Source: Bacillota bacterium (lineage in GTDB: Bacteria; Bacillota; Sulfobacillia; JAJZYS01; JAJYTV01). Taken from it: 64,000 nucleotides of DNA. The notes under the pieces were generated by a model. That model ran no database searches. It had not been told where the DNA came from and worked only from the letters and a program-made list of their open reading frames with translations. Location of the stretch: NCBI GenBank assembly GCA_021847575.1, contig JAJZQO010000007.1, positions 430 through 64,429 of the forward strand, written 5' to 3'. Position 1 is the first letter of the stretch, and every line of letters begins with the position of its first letter. Position numbers and translations under genes: made by a program. This document shows positions 49,879 through 59,189 of this stretch, piece by piece.

Positions 49879-50823
49879 ATGGCTGAAGAATTCAAGGATA
49901 TCGTCTACGAGGTTTCCGACAAGGGCGTAGCGCGTCTGACGATCAACCGGGAGTACGCCTACAACGCCTACACGACCGAGACGCTGAAGGAGATCCACAC
50001 CGCTGCCCGCATGGCCTCCTTCGACCCCAGCGTCTATGTCTTCGTGCTCACCGGCGCCGGCAGCCGGGCGTTCTGCACGGGCGGCGACGTCAAGGAGTAC
50101 GCGGCGAAGTTCGTCGACAAGCCGAGCGGCTTCCTCGAGTACATGGTCCACTTCCAGGACTGCCTCGACGCCATCCGGCACATGGGCAAGCCGACGATCG
50201 CCCGCCTCAACGGCATGACGGTCGGCGGCGGCAACGAGTTCAACATGGCGTGCGACCTCGCGGTGATGTCCGACACCGCCTTCATCCGTCAGGTGGGAAC
50301 CCGGGTCGGCAGCGTCGCCGCCGGCGGCGGCACGCAGTGGCTGCCGATCATCGTGGGCGACCGGCGCGCGCGCGAGCTCCTGTTCTTTTCCGAGCCGATC
50401 ACAGCGCAGACCGCCCTCGACTGGGGCCTCGTCAACAAGGTGGTGCCGTACGACAAGCTCGACGAGGCGATCGACGAATGGGTCGAGAAGCTGACCGACA
50501 AGTTCGCCGAATCCCTGCGCTACACCCAGGAGGCGACGAACTTCTGGAAGGACCTCGCCTGGTACAACACGATCGGCCACGCCCGCGAGTGGCTGAGCCT
50601 GCACTTCGCCCACCCCGGGGCGCAGGAAGGCATGCTCTCGTTCGTCGAGAAGCGCCAGCCGGACTACCGCGGCCTGCGCGAGATGACGAGCGACGGCCAC
50701 GGCGACTTCTGGCACGGCGCCCCCACCAGGTCCTGCCCGTCCTGCAACGCCAAGGGCATCCCCTCCGGCTTCCAGTTCTGCGGTGTGTGCGGCAAGCCCC
50801 TCGACGCGGGGGTGGCGGAGTGA
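49879..50823 (+). CDS. oah: 6-oxocyclohex-1-ene-1-carbonyl-CoA hydrolase-like ring-opening crotonase with C-terminal Zn ribbon
   Basis: YNAYTT, AFCTGGDVKEYA, GM.VGGG.E..MACD, QVG.RVGS, REWL; tail CPSC...CGVC. Confidence 0.8.
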   Translation: MAEEFKDIVYEVSDKGVARLTINREYAYNAYTTETLKEIHTAARMASFDPSVYVFVLTGAGSRAFCTGGDVKEYAAKFVDKPSGFLEYMVHFQDCLDAIRHMGKPTIARLNGMTVGGGNEFNMACDLAVMSDTAFIRQVGTRVGSVAAGGGTQWLPIIVGDRRARELLFFSEPITAQTALDWGLVNKVVPYDKLDEAIDEWVEKLTDKFAESLRYTQEATNFWKDLAWYNTIGHAREWLSLHFAHPGAQEGMLSFVEKRQPDYRGLREMTSDGHGDFWHGAPTRSCPSCNAKGIPSGFQFCGVCGKPLDAGVAE

Positions 50824-51845
50824 AAGCCGCCGTCTTCTACGGGCCCCACCAGCCCCTCAAGATCGAGACCGTGGCCGACCCGACGCCGGCTGCGGGCGAA
50901 CTGCTGGTCAAGGTGGCCGCCTGCGGGCTCTGCCACACCGACCTGCACTACATCGACCACGACGTGCCGACAGCCAAGCGGCCGCCCCTGATCCTTGGCC
51001 ACGAGGCCTCGGGCACGGTGACGGCGGTCGGTCAGGACGTCAAGGGCTTCGCGGTCGGCGACCGCGTGCTCGTGCCCGCGGTGTTCAGTTGCGGCGAGTG
51101 CCGGCAGTGCCGCCGCGGCCGCGAGAACATCTGCGAGCGGATGGTGATGCCCGGCAACCACGTCGACGGTGCCTACGCGGAGTACATGGTGGCCCCCGCG
51201 AAGGACGTGCTGCACCTGCCGGACGAGATCCCGCTGGTCGACGCCTGCATCATCGCCGACGCGGTCTCGACGCCCTACAACGCGGTGAAGAACCGCGGGC
51301 AGGTGAGGCCGGGCGACACGGTCGCGGTCTTCGGTTGCGGCGGCGTCGGCCTGAACGTCGTACAGATCGCGGCAGCCTCAGGCGCCAACGTCATCGCCGT
51401 CGACATCTCGGACGAGAAGCTCGAGCACGCCAGGCGGTTCGGCGCGCACGCGACCGTCAAGGGCGGCGAGGGCAAAGAGGTGTCCAAGGAGATCAAGAGG
51501 CTCAGCGGCGGCGGCGTCGACATCGCCTTCGAGGCGATCGGCTACCCGCCGACGATCGTGCAGGCCTTCGACAGCCTGGCGCGGGGCGGACGCCTCGTGC
51601 AGGTGGGCTACTGCCAGCACCCTGTGCAGCTCAACGTCTCGCGCCTGATGTTCTTCGAGATGGAGGTCATCGGGTCGCTCGGCTGCAGTCCGCTCGACTA
51701 CCTGCCGTTGATCGACCTCGTGGCGCGCGGGCGCCTCAAGCTCTCGGAGCTGATCTCGCACCGCGTCCCGCTGGACCGGATCAACGAGGGCCTCGACTAT
51801 CTGCGCCAGGGCCAAGGCATCCGCAACATCGTGGTCATGGACTGA
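50820..51845 (+). CDS. had: 6-hydroxycyclohex-1-ene-1-carbonyl-CoA dehydrogenase (Zn-ADH)
   Basis: CGLCHTDL, LGHE, CGECRQC..GRENIC..M.MPGN, ADAVSTPY, LMFFE..G..GC. Confidence 0.85.
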   Translation: MKAAVFYGPHQPLKIETVADPTPAAGELLVKVAACGLCHTDLHYIDHDVPTAKRPPLILGHEASGTVTAVGQDVKGFAVGDRVLVPAVFSCGECRQCRRGRENICERMVMPGNHVDGAYAEYMVAPAKDVLHLPDEIPLVDACIIADAVSTPYNAVKNRGQVRPGDTVAVFGCGGVGLNVVQIAAASGANVIAVDISDEKLEHARRFGAHATVKGGEGKEVSKEIKRLSGGGVDIAFEAIGYPPTIVQAFDSLARGGRLVQVGYCQHPVQLNVSRLMFFEMEVIGSLGCSPLDYLPLIDLVARGRLKLSELISHRVPLDRINEGLDYLRQGQGIRNIVVMD

Positions 51846-51870
51846 GGTCCGAGCCAGAGGAGGGTTACCC

Positions 51871-53058
51871 ATGGCGACGGCAGCGATGTCCGAGATAGAG
51901 CAGGTGCAGGACCTGACGGCGCTTGTCGATGGGCTGCGGGTCCTGTTCGAGGATCCGGAGTTCAAGGTCGTCTCCGAGATCAAGCGCCTGACCGGCAAGC
52001 CGATCATCGGCAACTTCCCGGTCTACAGCCCGGTGGAGCTGTTCCACGCGGCAGGTGCGCACCCGGTCGGGCTCGTTGGGGCAGGCAACCAGATCGAGAT
52101 CGCGCACGCCGACTCCCGTTTCCAGTCGTTCGTCTGCTCGGTGATCAAGAGCACGCTCGAACTCGGTCTGACGGACCGCTTGCAAGACTTCGAGGGCATC
52201 GTGTTCCACTCCATCTGCGACCCCGCGCGCAACCTCGCCTCGGTCTTCAAGCGCAACTTCCCGGACAAGTGGGTCGAGTACATCCACTTCCCGCAGAACC
52301 TCGTCACCGAGAGCAGCGTCGACTACCTCGAGAACGAGTACCGCCGCCTGCTGGATCGCCTGCAGGAGCTCACGGGCAAGACCGTCACGAACGCGGACGT
52401 GAACAACTCGATCGCCCTCTACAACACGGCCCGCAGCCTGATGGGCACGCTCTACGCCTTCCGCCGCGACCACCCCCACATCCTCACCACCCGCGAGCTC
52501 TACAGCCTGGTGCGTGCCGGGCACATCCTCACGGTCGAGGAGCACATCCGCCTGCTCGAGCACGCGCTGCGCCTCGTCCGGACGAAGCCGGGCCACGAGC
52601 GCGACCACATCCGCGTCATTCTCGTCGGCTCGTTCTGCGAGCAACCGTCGCTGGACCTGATCAGCGCCATGGAGGAGGCCGGCCTCGACATCCTGGACGA
52701 CGACTTCCTGCTCGGGCGCCGCTGGTTCACGGAAGACCTGCCGACGGACGGCAACGGCGTGCGCACCCTGGCGAGTGCCTACCGCGACCGCTCCGTGATC
52801 TCGTCGGTCAAGCACGACTCCCGCCGCCACAAGGGCGACGAGCTGGTCGCGCAGGTGAAGAGCTCCGGGGCCGACGCCGTGATCGTGAGCGTGCCCAAGT
52901 TCTGCGAGCCGGGCCTCTTCGACTACGCCATCTACCGCCGGGCGCTGCTCGATGCCGGCATCCCGCACCTGTTCGTGGAGTACGAGGAGAAGATGTGGCT
53001 GTTCGACAAGGTCCAGACGGAGGTCGAAACCTTCGTCGAGTCGCTGCTGCTCGACTAG
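51871..53058 (+). CDS. bcrC: Class I benzoyl-CoA reductase subunit C/N
   Basis: PVYSPVEL, QSFVCS, SICDPARNL, GSFCEQP, FCEPGL, ETFVES. Confidence 0.82.
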   Translation: MATAAMSEIEQVQDLTALVDGLRVLFEDPEFKVVSEIKRLTGKPIIGNFPVYSPVELFHAAGAHPVGLVGAGNQIEIAHADSRFQSFVCSVIKSTLELGLTDRLQDFEGIVFHSICDPARNLASVFKRNFPDKWVEYIHFPQNLVTESSVDYLENEYRRLLDRLQELTGKTVTNADVNNSIALYNTARSLMGTLYAFRRDHPHILTTRELYSLVRAGHILTVEEHIRLLEHALRLVRTKPGHERDHIRVILVGSFCEQPSLDLISAMEEAGLDILDDDFLLGRRWFTEDLPTDGNGVRTLASAYRDRSVISSVKHDSRRHKGDELVAQVKSSGADAVIVSVPKFCEPGLFDYAIYRRALLDAGIPHLFVEYEEKMWLFDKVQTEVETFVESLLLD

Positions 53059-53071
53059 GGAGGGGAGCACC

Positions 53072-54340
53072 GTGGCCGAGAAGATCGAGTACCGGGGACA
53101 CCTGCACGATCTCCAGAAGGACCTGATGAACGACTACTTCGACCAGATGACGCGCTCCGCGCAGGGCGAAGGGAGCCCCGCCGTCTACCTCCTGATCAGC
53201 GGCAACCCCGTCGAGCTGTTGCGCGCGTTCGACCTCCTGCCGGTCTACCCGGAGATCAACGCCCTGCAGACCGCGGTCAAGAAGCAGGCCCTGCCCTTCA
53301 TCCAGAAGGCCGAGGAGCTTGGCTACTCCACCGACAACTGCGCCTACGTGAAGGCGGACATCGGCCTCTTCTACTCCGGCAACAAGGCGCCCATGGCCAC
53401 CGTTCCGCCGCCCGGCCTCCTGCTGACGAACTACGTCGGCTGCAACGTCTACCTGCACTGGTGGGAGCACCTTGCGGAGCTGACGGGCGCACCGATCTTC
53501 GACATCGACATCCCCTTCCTGCGCTCGCTCGACGGCGAGCCGAGCCGGGAGGACCTCCAGTACGTCGTGCGCCAGCTCGAGGAGCTGATCCCGGTCCTCG
53601 AGAAGATCTCGGGCAAGAAGTACGACCCTGACCGGCTGCGCGAGGTCGTACAGTACTCGCTCGAGACCGGCGAGTACTGGGCCAAGATCAAGATGATGCC
53701 ACAGCTCAAGCCGGCGCCCTACGACGCCTACTTCGACGCCGTGACCATGATGGGCCCGCTCTACGCACTGCGCGGCACGAAGGAAGGGCGGGACTACTTC
53801 CGCGCCGCCTACGAGGAGCTGCAGAAGAGGGTGGCCCTGCAAGAGGGACCCCTGCCCGAGGAGAAGTACCGGCTCGTGATCGAGGGACCGCCGCCCTGGC
53901 CCTACCTGCGCACCTTCCGGGACATGTTCGCGCGCTGGGGCGCCGTGTTTGTGGCCTCGAGCTACTCCACGGTCGGCGGTCTCTGGGAGTTCGGCTTCCG
54001 CCACGACCCCAGCAATCCCATCGAGAGCATCGCGATGCACATGCTCAAGTGGAACTTGACGAACCGCAACTTCCTGCAGCGCTACGCGCAGCTGAAGAGC
54101 TACGTCGAGGACTGGAACGCCGACGGACTCGTGATCCACTCGGTGAAGAGCTGCCGGCTGTTCTCCGCGGGGCAGGGCGACATGCGCGAGTACTTCGCGC
54201 GCGAGCTCAACGTACCGACGCTGCTCGTCGAGTCCGACCTCGAGGACCAGCGGTACTTCTCACCCGCCCAGATGCGCACGCGCATCGACGCCTTCATGGA
54301 GTCGCTGGAACACCACAAGCTGGTCGGGCACCAGCGCTAG
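53072..54340 (+). CDS. bcrB: Class I benzoyl-CoA reductase subunit B/O
   Basis: PEINALQ, GYSTDNCAYVKADIG, YVGCN, HSVKSC..FSAGQ, ESDLED.RYFS. Confidence 0.85.
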   Translation: MAEKIEYRGHLHDLQKDLMNDYFDQMTRSAQGEGSPAVYLLISGNPVELLRAFDLLPVYPEINALQTAVKKQALPFIQKAEELGYSTDNCAYVKADIGLFYSGNKAPMATVPPPGLLLTNYVGCNVYLHWWEHLAELTGAPIFDIDIPFLRSLDGEPSREDLQYVVRQLEELIPVLEKISGKKYDPDRLREVVQYSLETGEYWAKIKMMPQLKPAPYDAYFDAVTMMGPLYALRGTKEGRDYFRAAYEELQKRVALQEGPLPEEKYRLVIEGPPPWPYLRTFRDMFARWGAVFVASSYSTVGGLWEFGFRHDPSNPIESIAMHMLKWNLTNRNFLQRYAQLKSYVEDWNADGLVIHSVKSCRLFSAGQGDMREYFARELNVPTLLVESDLEDQRYFSPAQMRTRIDAFMESLEHHKLVGHQR

Positions 54341-54363
54341 GTCCGAGAGAGGGAGGGGATCGC

Positions 54364-55155
54364 ATGCGCTACTTTGCGGGTGTGGACGTCGGGTCCACGC
54401 AAACCAAGGCGGTCTTGGTGGACGAGGCGGGCGACATGGTCGCGAAGGTCCTCGTCGACACCGGCAGCAACGTCGTCAAGGCTGCGGAGCGGGCCTTCCT
54501 GGAGGCGGTCGCGCAGGCCGGCACGCGGCGCGAGGACGTCGACTACATCGTCGGCACAGGCTATGGTCGCTTCAACGTGACGTTCGGCAACGACCAGGTC
54601 ACGGAGATCAGCTGCCACGCCAAGGGGATCGCGCACGTCAACCCGAACGTGCGGACCGTCATCGACATCGGCGGCCAGGACGCCAAGGCCATCAAGATCG
54701 ACGCGACCGGCGACGTCAAGGACTTCGTCATGAACGACAAGTGCGCGGCGGGCACCGGGCGCTTCCTCGGCAACTCGGCGGAGGTTCTCAACCTCTCCCT
54801 GGACGAGATCGGCCCGCGCTCCCTGGAGGCGAAGGTCCCGGTGCGCCTCAGCACGGTGTGCACGGTCTTCGTCGAGACCGACATCCTCTCCCACCTGGCG
54901 CTCGGCCGGAGCGTCGAAAACATCCTGGGCGGCGTGCACAGCGCCGTCGCGGCGCGCGTGGTCGCGCTCGCGCGGCGCGTCGGCATCGAGCGCGACGTTG
55001 CGCTGACCGGCGGAGTCTCCCGCAACGTCGGCATGGTGCGTGCGCTCGAGCACCACCTGGATGTCCCGATCTACGTCAGCCCCGATGCGCACTTCATGGG
55101 CGCGCTGGGCGCTGCCCTCTTCGCCCGCGAGCGGGCGATGGCGGTCGCGGGCTAA
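54364..55155 (+). CDS. bcrA: Class I benzoyl-CoA reductase ATP-binding activator subunit (A/Q type)
   Basis: GVDVGSTQTK, TGYGR, TEISCH, DIGGQD, MNDKCAAGTGRFL, CTVF. Confidence 0.8.
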   Translation: MRYFAGVDVGSTQTKAVLVDEAGDMVAKVLVDTGSNVVKAAERAFLEAVAQAGTRREDVDYIVGTGYGRFNVTFGNDQVTEISCHAKGIAHVNPNVRTVIDIGGQDAKAIKIDATGDVKDFVMNDKCAAGTGRFLGNSAEVLNLSLDEIGPRSLEAKVPVRLSTVCTVFVETDILSHLALGRSVENILGGVHSAVAARVVALARRVGIERDVALTGGVSRNVGMVRALEHHLDVPIYVSPDAHFMGALGAALFARERAMAVAG

Positions 55156-55179
55156 ATGCGCAGCGAGGAGGATGTCGAC

Positions 55180-55971
55180 ATGATCTGTCTCGGCCTCGAC
55201 ATGGGATCGCGCTACACCAAGGCGGTCCTGATGGATGAAAGCAGCACGATTCTCGGATCGGCCGTGATGCGCACCCAGCCGCCGTTCGTCGACACGGCCG
55301 CCAAGGCCAGGGCGATGGTGCTCGACCAGGCCGGATTGCGCGAGGCTGACATCGACTACACGGTCACGACGGGCTTCGCCCGTTTCGCCGTTCCGTTCCG
55401 CCAGCTTCAGATCACCGACATGACCTGTGCCGCACGCGGTGCGATCATGCTCTTCCCCGAGACCCGCACGGTGCTCGACATCGGTTTCCAGAGCACCCGC
55501 ACCATCCGCGTCCTGCCGAACGGCCACGTCAAGGAGTTCAAGACGAACGACAAGTGCGCGGCCGGCGCGGGCGGCTTCGTCGAGCGCAGCGCGAAGTACC
55601 TCGAGGTGACGCTCGACCAGGTCGGGGAGCTCTCGCAAAACGCCAAGGCGCCCGTCACGATCTCGAGCGTGTGCGCAGTCCTCGCGGAGTCCGAGATCAT
55701 CAACCACGTCTCCGACAACCGCCAGGTGGAGGACATCCTGCGCGGCGTCCACAACTCCCTCGCGACCCGTGCCCTGGGGCTGATGCGCCGCATCGGCGTC
55801 GAGGCGGAACTGACGATGGTCGGCGGCATGGCGCTGCAGGCCGGGATGATCGAGGAAGTGGCGAAGGTCTTCCAGATGAAGGTCAACGTACCCGAGAACC
55901 CGCCACTCGCCACAGCCATGGGCGCGGCGCGCCTCGGGCTCAACCGCGCACTGGCCAAGCGGGCGGTCTGA
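55180..55971 (+). CDS. bcrD: Class I benzoyl-CoA reductase ATP-binding activator subunit (D/P type)
   Basis: GLDMGS, NDKCAAGAGGF.E...YL, ISSVCAVLAESEIIN. Confidence 0.8.
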   Translation: MICLGLDMGSRYTKAVLMDESSTILGSAVMRTQPPFVDTAAKARAMVLDQAGLREADIDYTVTTGFARFAVPFRQLQITDMTCAARGAIMLFPETRTVLDIGFQSTRTIRVLPNGHVKEFKTNDKCAAGAGGFVERSAKYLEVTLDQVGELSQNAKAPVTISSVCAVLAESEIINHVSDNRQVEDILRGVHNSLATRALGLMRRIGVEAELTMVGGMALQAGMIEEVAKVFQMKVNVPENPPLATAMGAARLGLNRALAKRAV

Positions 55972-56021
55972 GCATTGCACGTCGGCACCGATACGGGCCC
56001 GAGAGCGAGGTGGCAACGGAA

Positions 56022-56267
56022 ATGGCATACGTGATCGCGGAACCTTGCATCGACGTGAAGGACCTCTCGTGCATCGACACCTGTCCGGTCGACTGCATCG
56101 CGTCGCCCGACGATGCGAACATGTGCTACATCGACCCCGTGGCTTGCATCGACTGCGGCGCCTGCGAGTCGGTCTGCCCTGTGAACGCGATCTTCGAGGT
56201 GGGTGCGCTCCCGGCGGAGTGGTCGCACTTCGCCCAGATCAACGCCGACTACTTCGCCAGCCTCTAG
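56022..56267 (+). CDS. fdx: 7Fe-type dicluster ferredoxin
   Basis: MAYVIAEPCIDVKDLSCIDTCPVDCI...CIDCGACESVCPV; GAGGTGG RBS. Confidence 0.9.
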   Translation: MAYVIAEPCIDVKDLSCIDTCPVDCIASPDDANMCYIDPVACIDCGACESVCPVNAIFEVGALPAEWSHFAQINADYFASL

Positions 56268-56282
56268 AACGGGCGACCGCAA

Positions 56283-56320
56283 GCGCAGCGGCCGGCGGCC
56301 CAGTCCGCCGGCCGCTGCGC
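56283..56320 (+). terminator. Strong hairpin ending the bcr operon
   Basis: Perfect 16-bp stem GCGCAGCGGCCGGCGG / CCGCCGGCCGCTGCGC, 6-nt loop. Confidence 0.6.
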
Positions 56321-56515
56321 CGCTCGCGCCGGGCACCGGCACCTCGCGCCAGGCTCTTTGGCGCCGATTCCGCACCGCTCCCCCCCATTCGGCAAGCCTG
56401 TCGTCGGGTGGCCCGGCAATCTCGACAGCCGGGCAGCGACATGCTACCGTGTGGGTACTCGGCGTGCCGCAGGCCTGTTGAGGCCGCGCGGCGCGGCCTC
56501 GGTGGAGGGGTTGTC

Positions 56516-57310
56516 GTGAGCGCCCGGTCGATCCTGTTCACCCTGTGGGGCGACGTCTTTCTGGATCGTGAGGATGCCGTTCCACTCGCCACCGCCACGT
56601 CCTTCATGCAGGCGCTCGGCTTCAGGCCCGACGCCGTGCGCGCAGCCCTTGCGCGCATGGCCCGCGAGGGCTGGTATGTCAGCGCTCGCCACGGCCGGCA
56701 GAGCTCGTACAGCCTCACCCCGATCGGCAACGAGCGCCTGCGCGACGCCCGCAGGCGCATCTATCAGGTCGACGAGGAACCATGGCAGGGAACCTTCCGC
56801 ACGCTCGGCCTCCCGTCCCCCGCCCCGCCTCCCGCCAGGCGGCGCCCCCTTTTGCGCGAGCTGCAGTGGGTGGGCTGGGCGCAGGTGGGCCCATACCAGT
56901 GGCTGAGCCCGATCGCGCGCCTGGAGGAGACGTTCGTGGTGCTGTCGCGGTACGGCATCCACGGCGCCTGGGTGCTCAGCGGCAGCCTCAGCGGCAAGGA
57001 TCCGATCCGCTGGATCGAGGAGCTCTACCCTATCGCCGAGATCGACGCGCGCTACCAGAGCTTCCTGCAGGACTGGGCCTCCGTCGCAACGGTGCGCAGC
57101 GAGGCCGAGGCGTTCGTCGGGCGCATTGAGCTGGTGCACGCCTGGCGCAAGCTTCTCTTCGTCGATCCCGGCCTGCCGCGTACCCTCCTGCCACCGCACT
57201 TCGCCCGCAGCGAGGCGCGGGCACTTTTCCGCGAGCTGTACGCGGCGTGGCTCGAGCCCTCGGCCGCCTTCGTCGCACGCCAGATGGGCAGTCCGGTGCT
57301 CGTTTCCTGA
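56516..57310 (+). CDS. paaX: PaaX family phenylacetyl-CoA-responsive repressor
   Basis: ARSILFTLWGD, VRAALARM..EGW, RRIY, LVHAWRKLLFVDPGLP..LLP. Confidence 0.9.
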   Translation: MSARSILFTLWGDVFLDREDAVPLATATSFMQALGFRPDAVRAALARMAREGWYVSARHGRQSSYSLTPIGNERLRDARRRIYQVDEEPWQGTFRTLGLPSPAPPPARRRPLLRELQWVGWAQVGPYQWLSPIARLEETFVVLSRYGIHGAWVLSGSLSGKDPIRWIEELYPIAEIDARYQSFLQDWASVATVRSEAEAFVGRIELVHAWRKLLFVDPGLPRTLLPPHFARSEARALFRELYAAWLEPSAAFVARQMGSPVLVS

Positions 57311-57315
57311 AAGAT

Positions 57316-57354
57316 GCGAGAGGGGCCGGTGCGGCGAGCACCGGCCCCTCTCGC
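57316..57354. terminator. Hairpin between convergent genes (bidirectional terminator candidate)
   Basis: Perfect 17-bp stem GCGAGAGGGGCCGGTGC / GCACCGGCCCCTCTCGC. Confidence 0.65.
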
Positions 57355-57383
57355 GTGCGGCGCAGGTGGCCGCCGGAAGTCCC

Positions 57384-58217
57384 TCAGTCGCTGCCCGGCT
57401 GGGCCACGCCCAGGATCCGCGCCGCGTTCGCCCCGAGAATGCGCTCCAGGGCCTCGGCAGGCAGCGGCAGGTCGCGCATCGCCTGGAGGTTCGAGGCGAT
57501 GCTTGGCGCACCGGGCCAGTCCGAGCCGAAGACCACCTTCGACGTCAGGCGGTGCAGGTTCGGCAGGTAGGAGAGCAGGTTTTTCGGCGGCAGCCCCGCC
57601 AGGTCCAGGTACACGTTTTCATGGTAGCGGGCAAGGAACTCGGCGTGGTCGAACCAGAACGGCCGACCCGCGTGCGAGACGACGATCTTGAGGCGCGGGA
57701 AGTCGACCGCGACGTCGTCGAGCGTCAAGGGATCGCCGTACTTCATGCGCGAGCCGGTGAAGACCGACGAGCCCGTGTGCACCATGATCGGGACGCCGAG
57801 TTCCTGCGCCTTGGCGTAGAGCGGATACAGCACCCGGTCGTTGGTGTAGAAGAGGTTGTACGTCGGATAGAGCTTGAAGCCCCGCATCCCCCGCGCGACG
57901 AGATCCTCGGCGTAGCGGGCGAGATCTGGGCTCAAGCCCGGAAAGACGGTACCGAACGGGATCAGCCCGTCCACGCCGCGGCAGAGCGCGAGGACGTCCT
58001 CGTTGTTGAAAATGCCGGTCGTAGGCGTGTTCTCGGCCAGAATGACCGCGTGATCGACTCCCTGCGCCCGCAGGAACTGCGCGAAGCTCTCCCCCGTCGC
58101 GCAGTTCTCGACCATGGTCTGGAGCTCTGCCGCGGTCCAAAACTCCGAGAGCAGTCCATTGAGGCTCGCGGATCCCCCCTGCCAGCGCAAGGGGTGGACA
58201 TGAAAGTCGATGACCAT
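57384..58217 (-). CDS. Amidohydrolase_2 family metal-dependent hydrolase (paralog 2)
   Basis: IDFHVH, KLYPTY, HTGSS, FGSDWP; collinear with 16587..17423. Confidence 0.88.
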   Translation of the reverse strand: MVIDFHVHPLRWQGGSASLNGLLSEFWTAAELQTMVENCATGESFAQFLRAQGVDHAVILAENTPTTGIFNNEDVLALCRGVDGLIPFGTVFPGLSPDLARYAEDLVARGMRGFKLYPTYNLFYTNDRVLYPLYAKAQELGVPIMVHTGSSVFTGSRMKYGDPLTLDDVAVDFPRLKIVVSHAGRPFWFDHAEFLARYHENVYLDLAGLPPKNLLSYLPNLHRLTSKVVFGSDWPGAPSIASNLQAMRDLPLPAEALERILGANAARILGVAQPGSD

Positions 58218-58343
58218 GATCGTGCGCCCGGCTCGCCAGACGCTCGCGAGCCTGCGGCTCGCAGGCGTCCGGCAGGCCAGGCCTTCGCTCCTTTCGTTTC
58301 CGGTTGCGCCGCTCGGCCAGCCCTGGGCAGCCGCGGGGCCAAT

Positions 58344-59189
58344 CTAGCCCGCGAGTTCCCTTGCGATCGCGATCTCGCCGGCGTACTCGCGGTAGTCGTC
58401 GACGGGCGTCTCCAGGATCAGCGGCAAGGAGCGCAGGAAGTCGTTGCGCAGGATCGCCTGCATGCCCTCCACCCCGATCGCCCCCTGGCCGATCTTCTCG
58501 TGGCGGTCGCGGTGGGAGCCGAGCGGGCCCTTCGAGTCGTTGAGGTGCATCGCACGCACATGCTGGAGCCCGACGATGTCCCCAAGCTCCGCGACCATGT
58601 GGGCTACTCCCGTCGGGGTGCGCAGGTCGTAGCCGGCGGCGAAAAGGTGACAGCTGTCCAGACAGACCCCGAGCCGCGGGTCCTTGACGCGATCGAGCAT
58701 CTCCCGGATCTGCGCGAAGGTGCAGCCCACTTCGCTCCCCTGCCCGGACATCGTCTCGATCAGCAGCATCGTCTCGCCGGTCGGCACGGCCAGCACGTCC
58801 TCGAGCGTGGCGACGAGGCGGTCGAGCCCTGCCGCGGGGCCGTCGCCCTGGTGGCTGCCGGGATGGAAGTTCAGGAATTCGCCGCCGAAGCTGTTGGCGC
58901 GCAGGAGATCGTCGCGCAGCACCATGCGGGCGAACTCGGCCACCTTTTGATCACGGCCCGCGGGGTTGACCGTGTAGGGCAGGTGCCCGACCGTCTGTCG
59001 CACGTCGGTTTCCCGGCTGAGCGCCAAAAAGCGCTCAGCCTCCTCTGCGGGAATCAGGCGGGCGGCCCCGCCGCGCGGGTTGCGCGTGAAGTAGGCGAAC
59101 GTGTTGGCCCCGATCGCCTGGGCATCCTCTATGGCCTTGGCCAGGCCCCGGCTGATCGAAAGATGTGCGCCCAGTCTGAGCTCTGCCAT
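58344..59189 (-). CDS. nfo: Endonuclease IV
   Basis: GAHLSI, FTRNPR, HPGSH, ETMSGQGSE, CLDSCH, HLNDSK..GS.RDRH, ILETP. Confidence 0.92.
   Translation of the reverse strand: MAELRLGAHLSISRGLAKAIEDAQAIGANTFAYFTRNPRGGAARLIPAEEAERFLALSRETDVRQTVGHLPYTVNPAGRDQKVAEFARMVLRDDLLRANSFGGEFLNFHPGSHQGDGPAAGLDRLVATLEDVLAVPTGETMLLIETMSGQGSEVGCTFAQIREMLDRVKDPRLGVCLDSCHLFAAGYDLRTPTGVAHMVAELGDIVGLQHVRAMHLNDSKGPLGSHRDRHEKIGQGAIGVEGMQAILRNDFLRSLPLILETPVDDYREYAGEIAIARELAG

Noticed and set aside
51871-55971. 2-hydroxyacyl-CoA dehydratase plus activator
   Set aside because: Two different activator subunits and adjacent dch/oah/had favour benzoyl-CoA reductase
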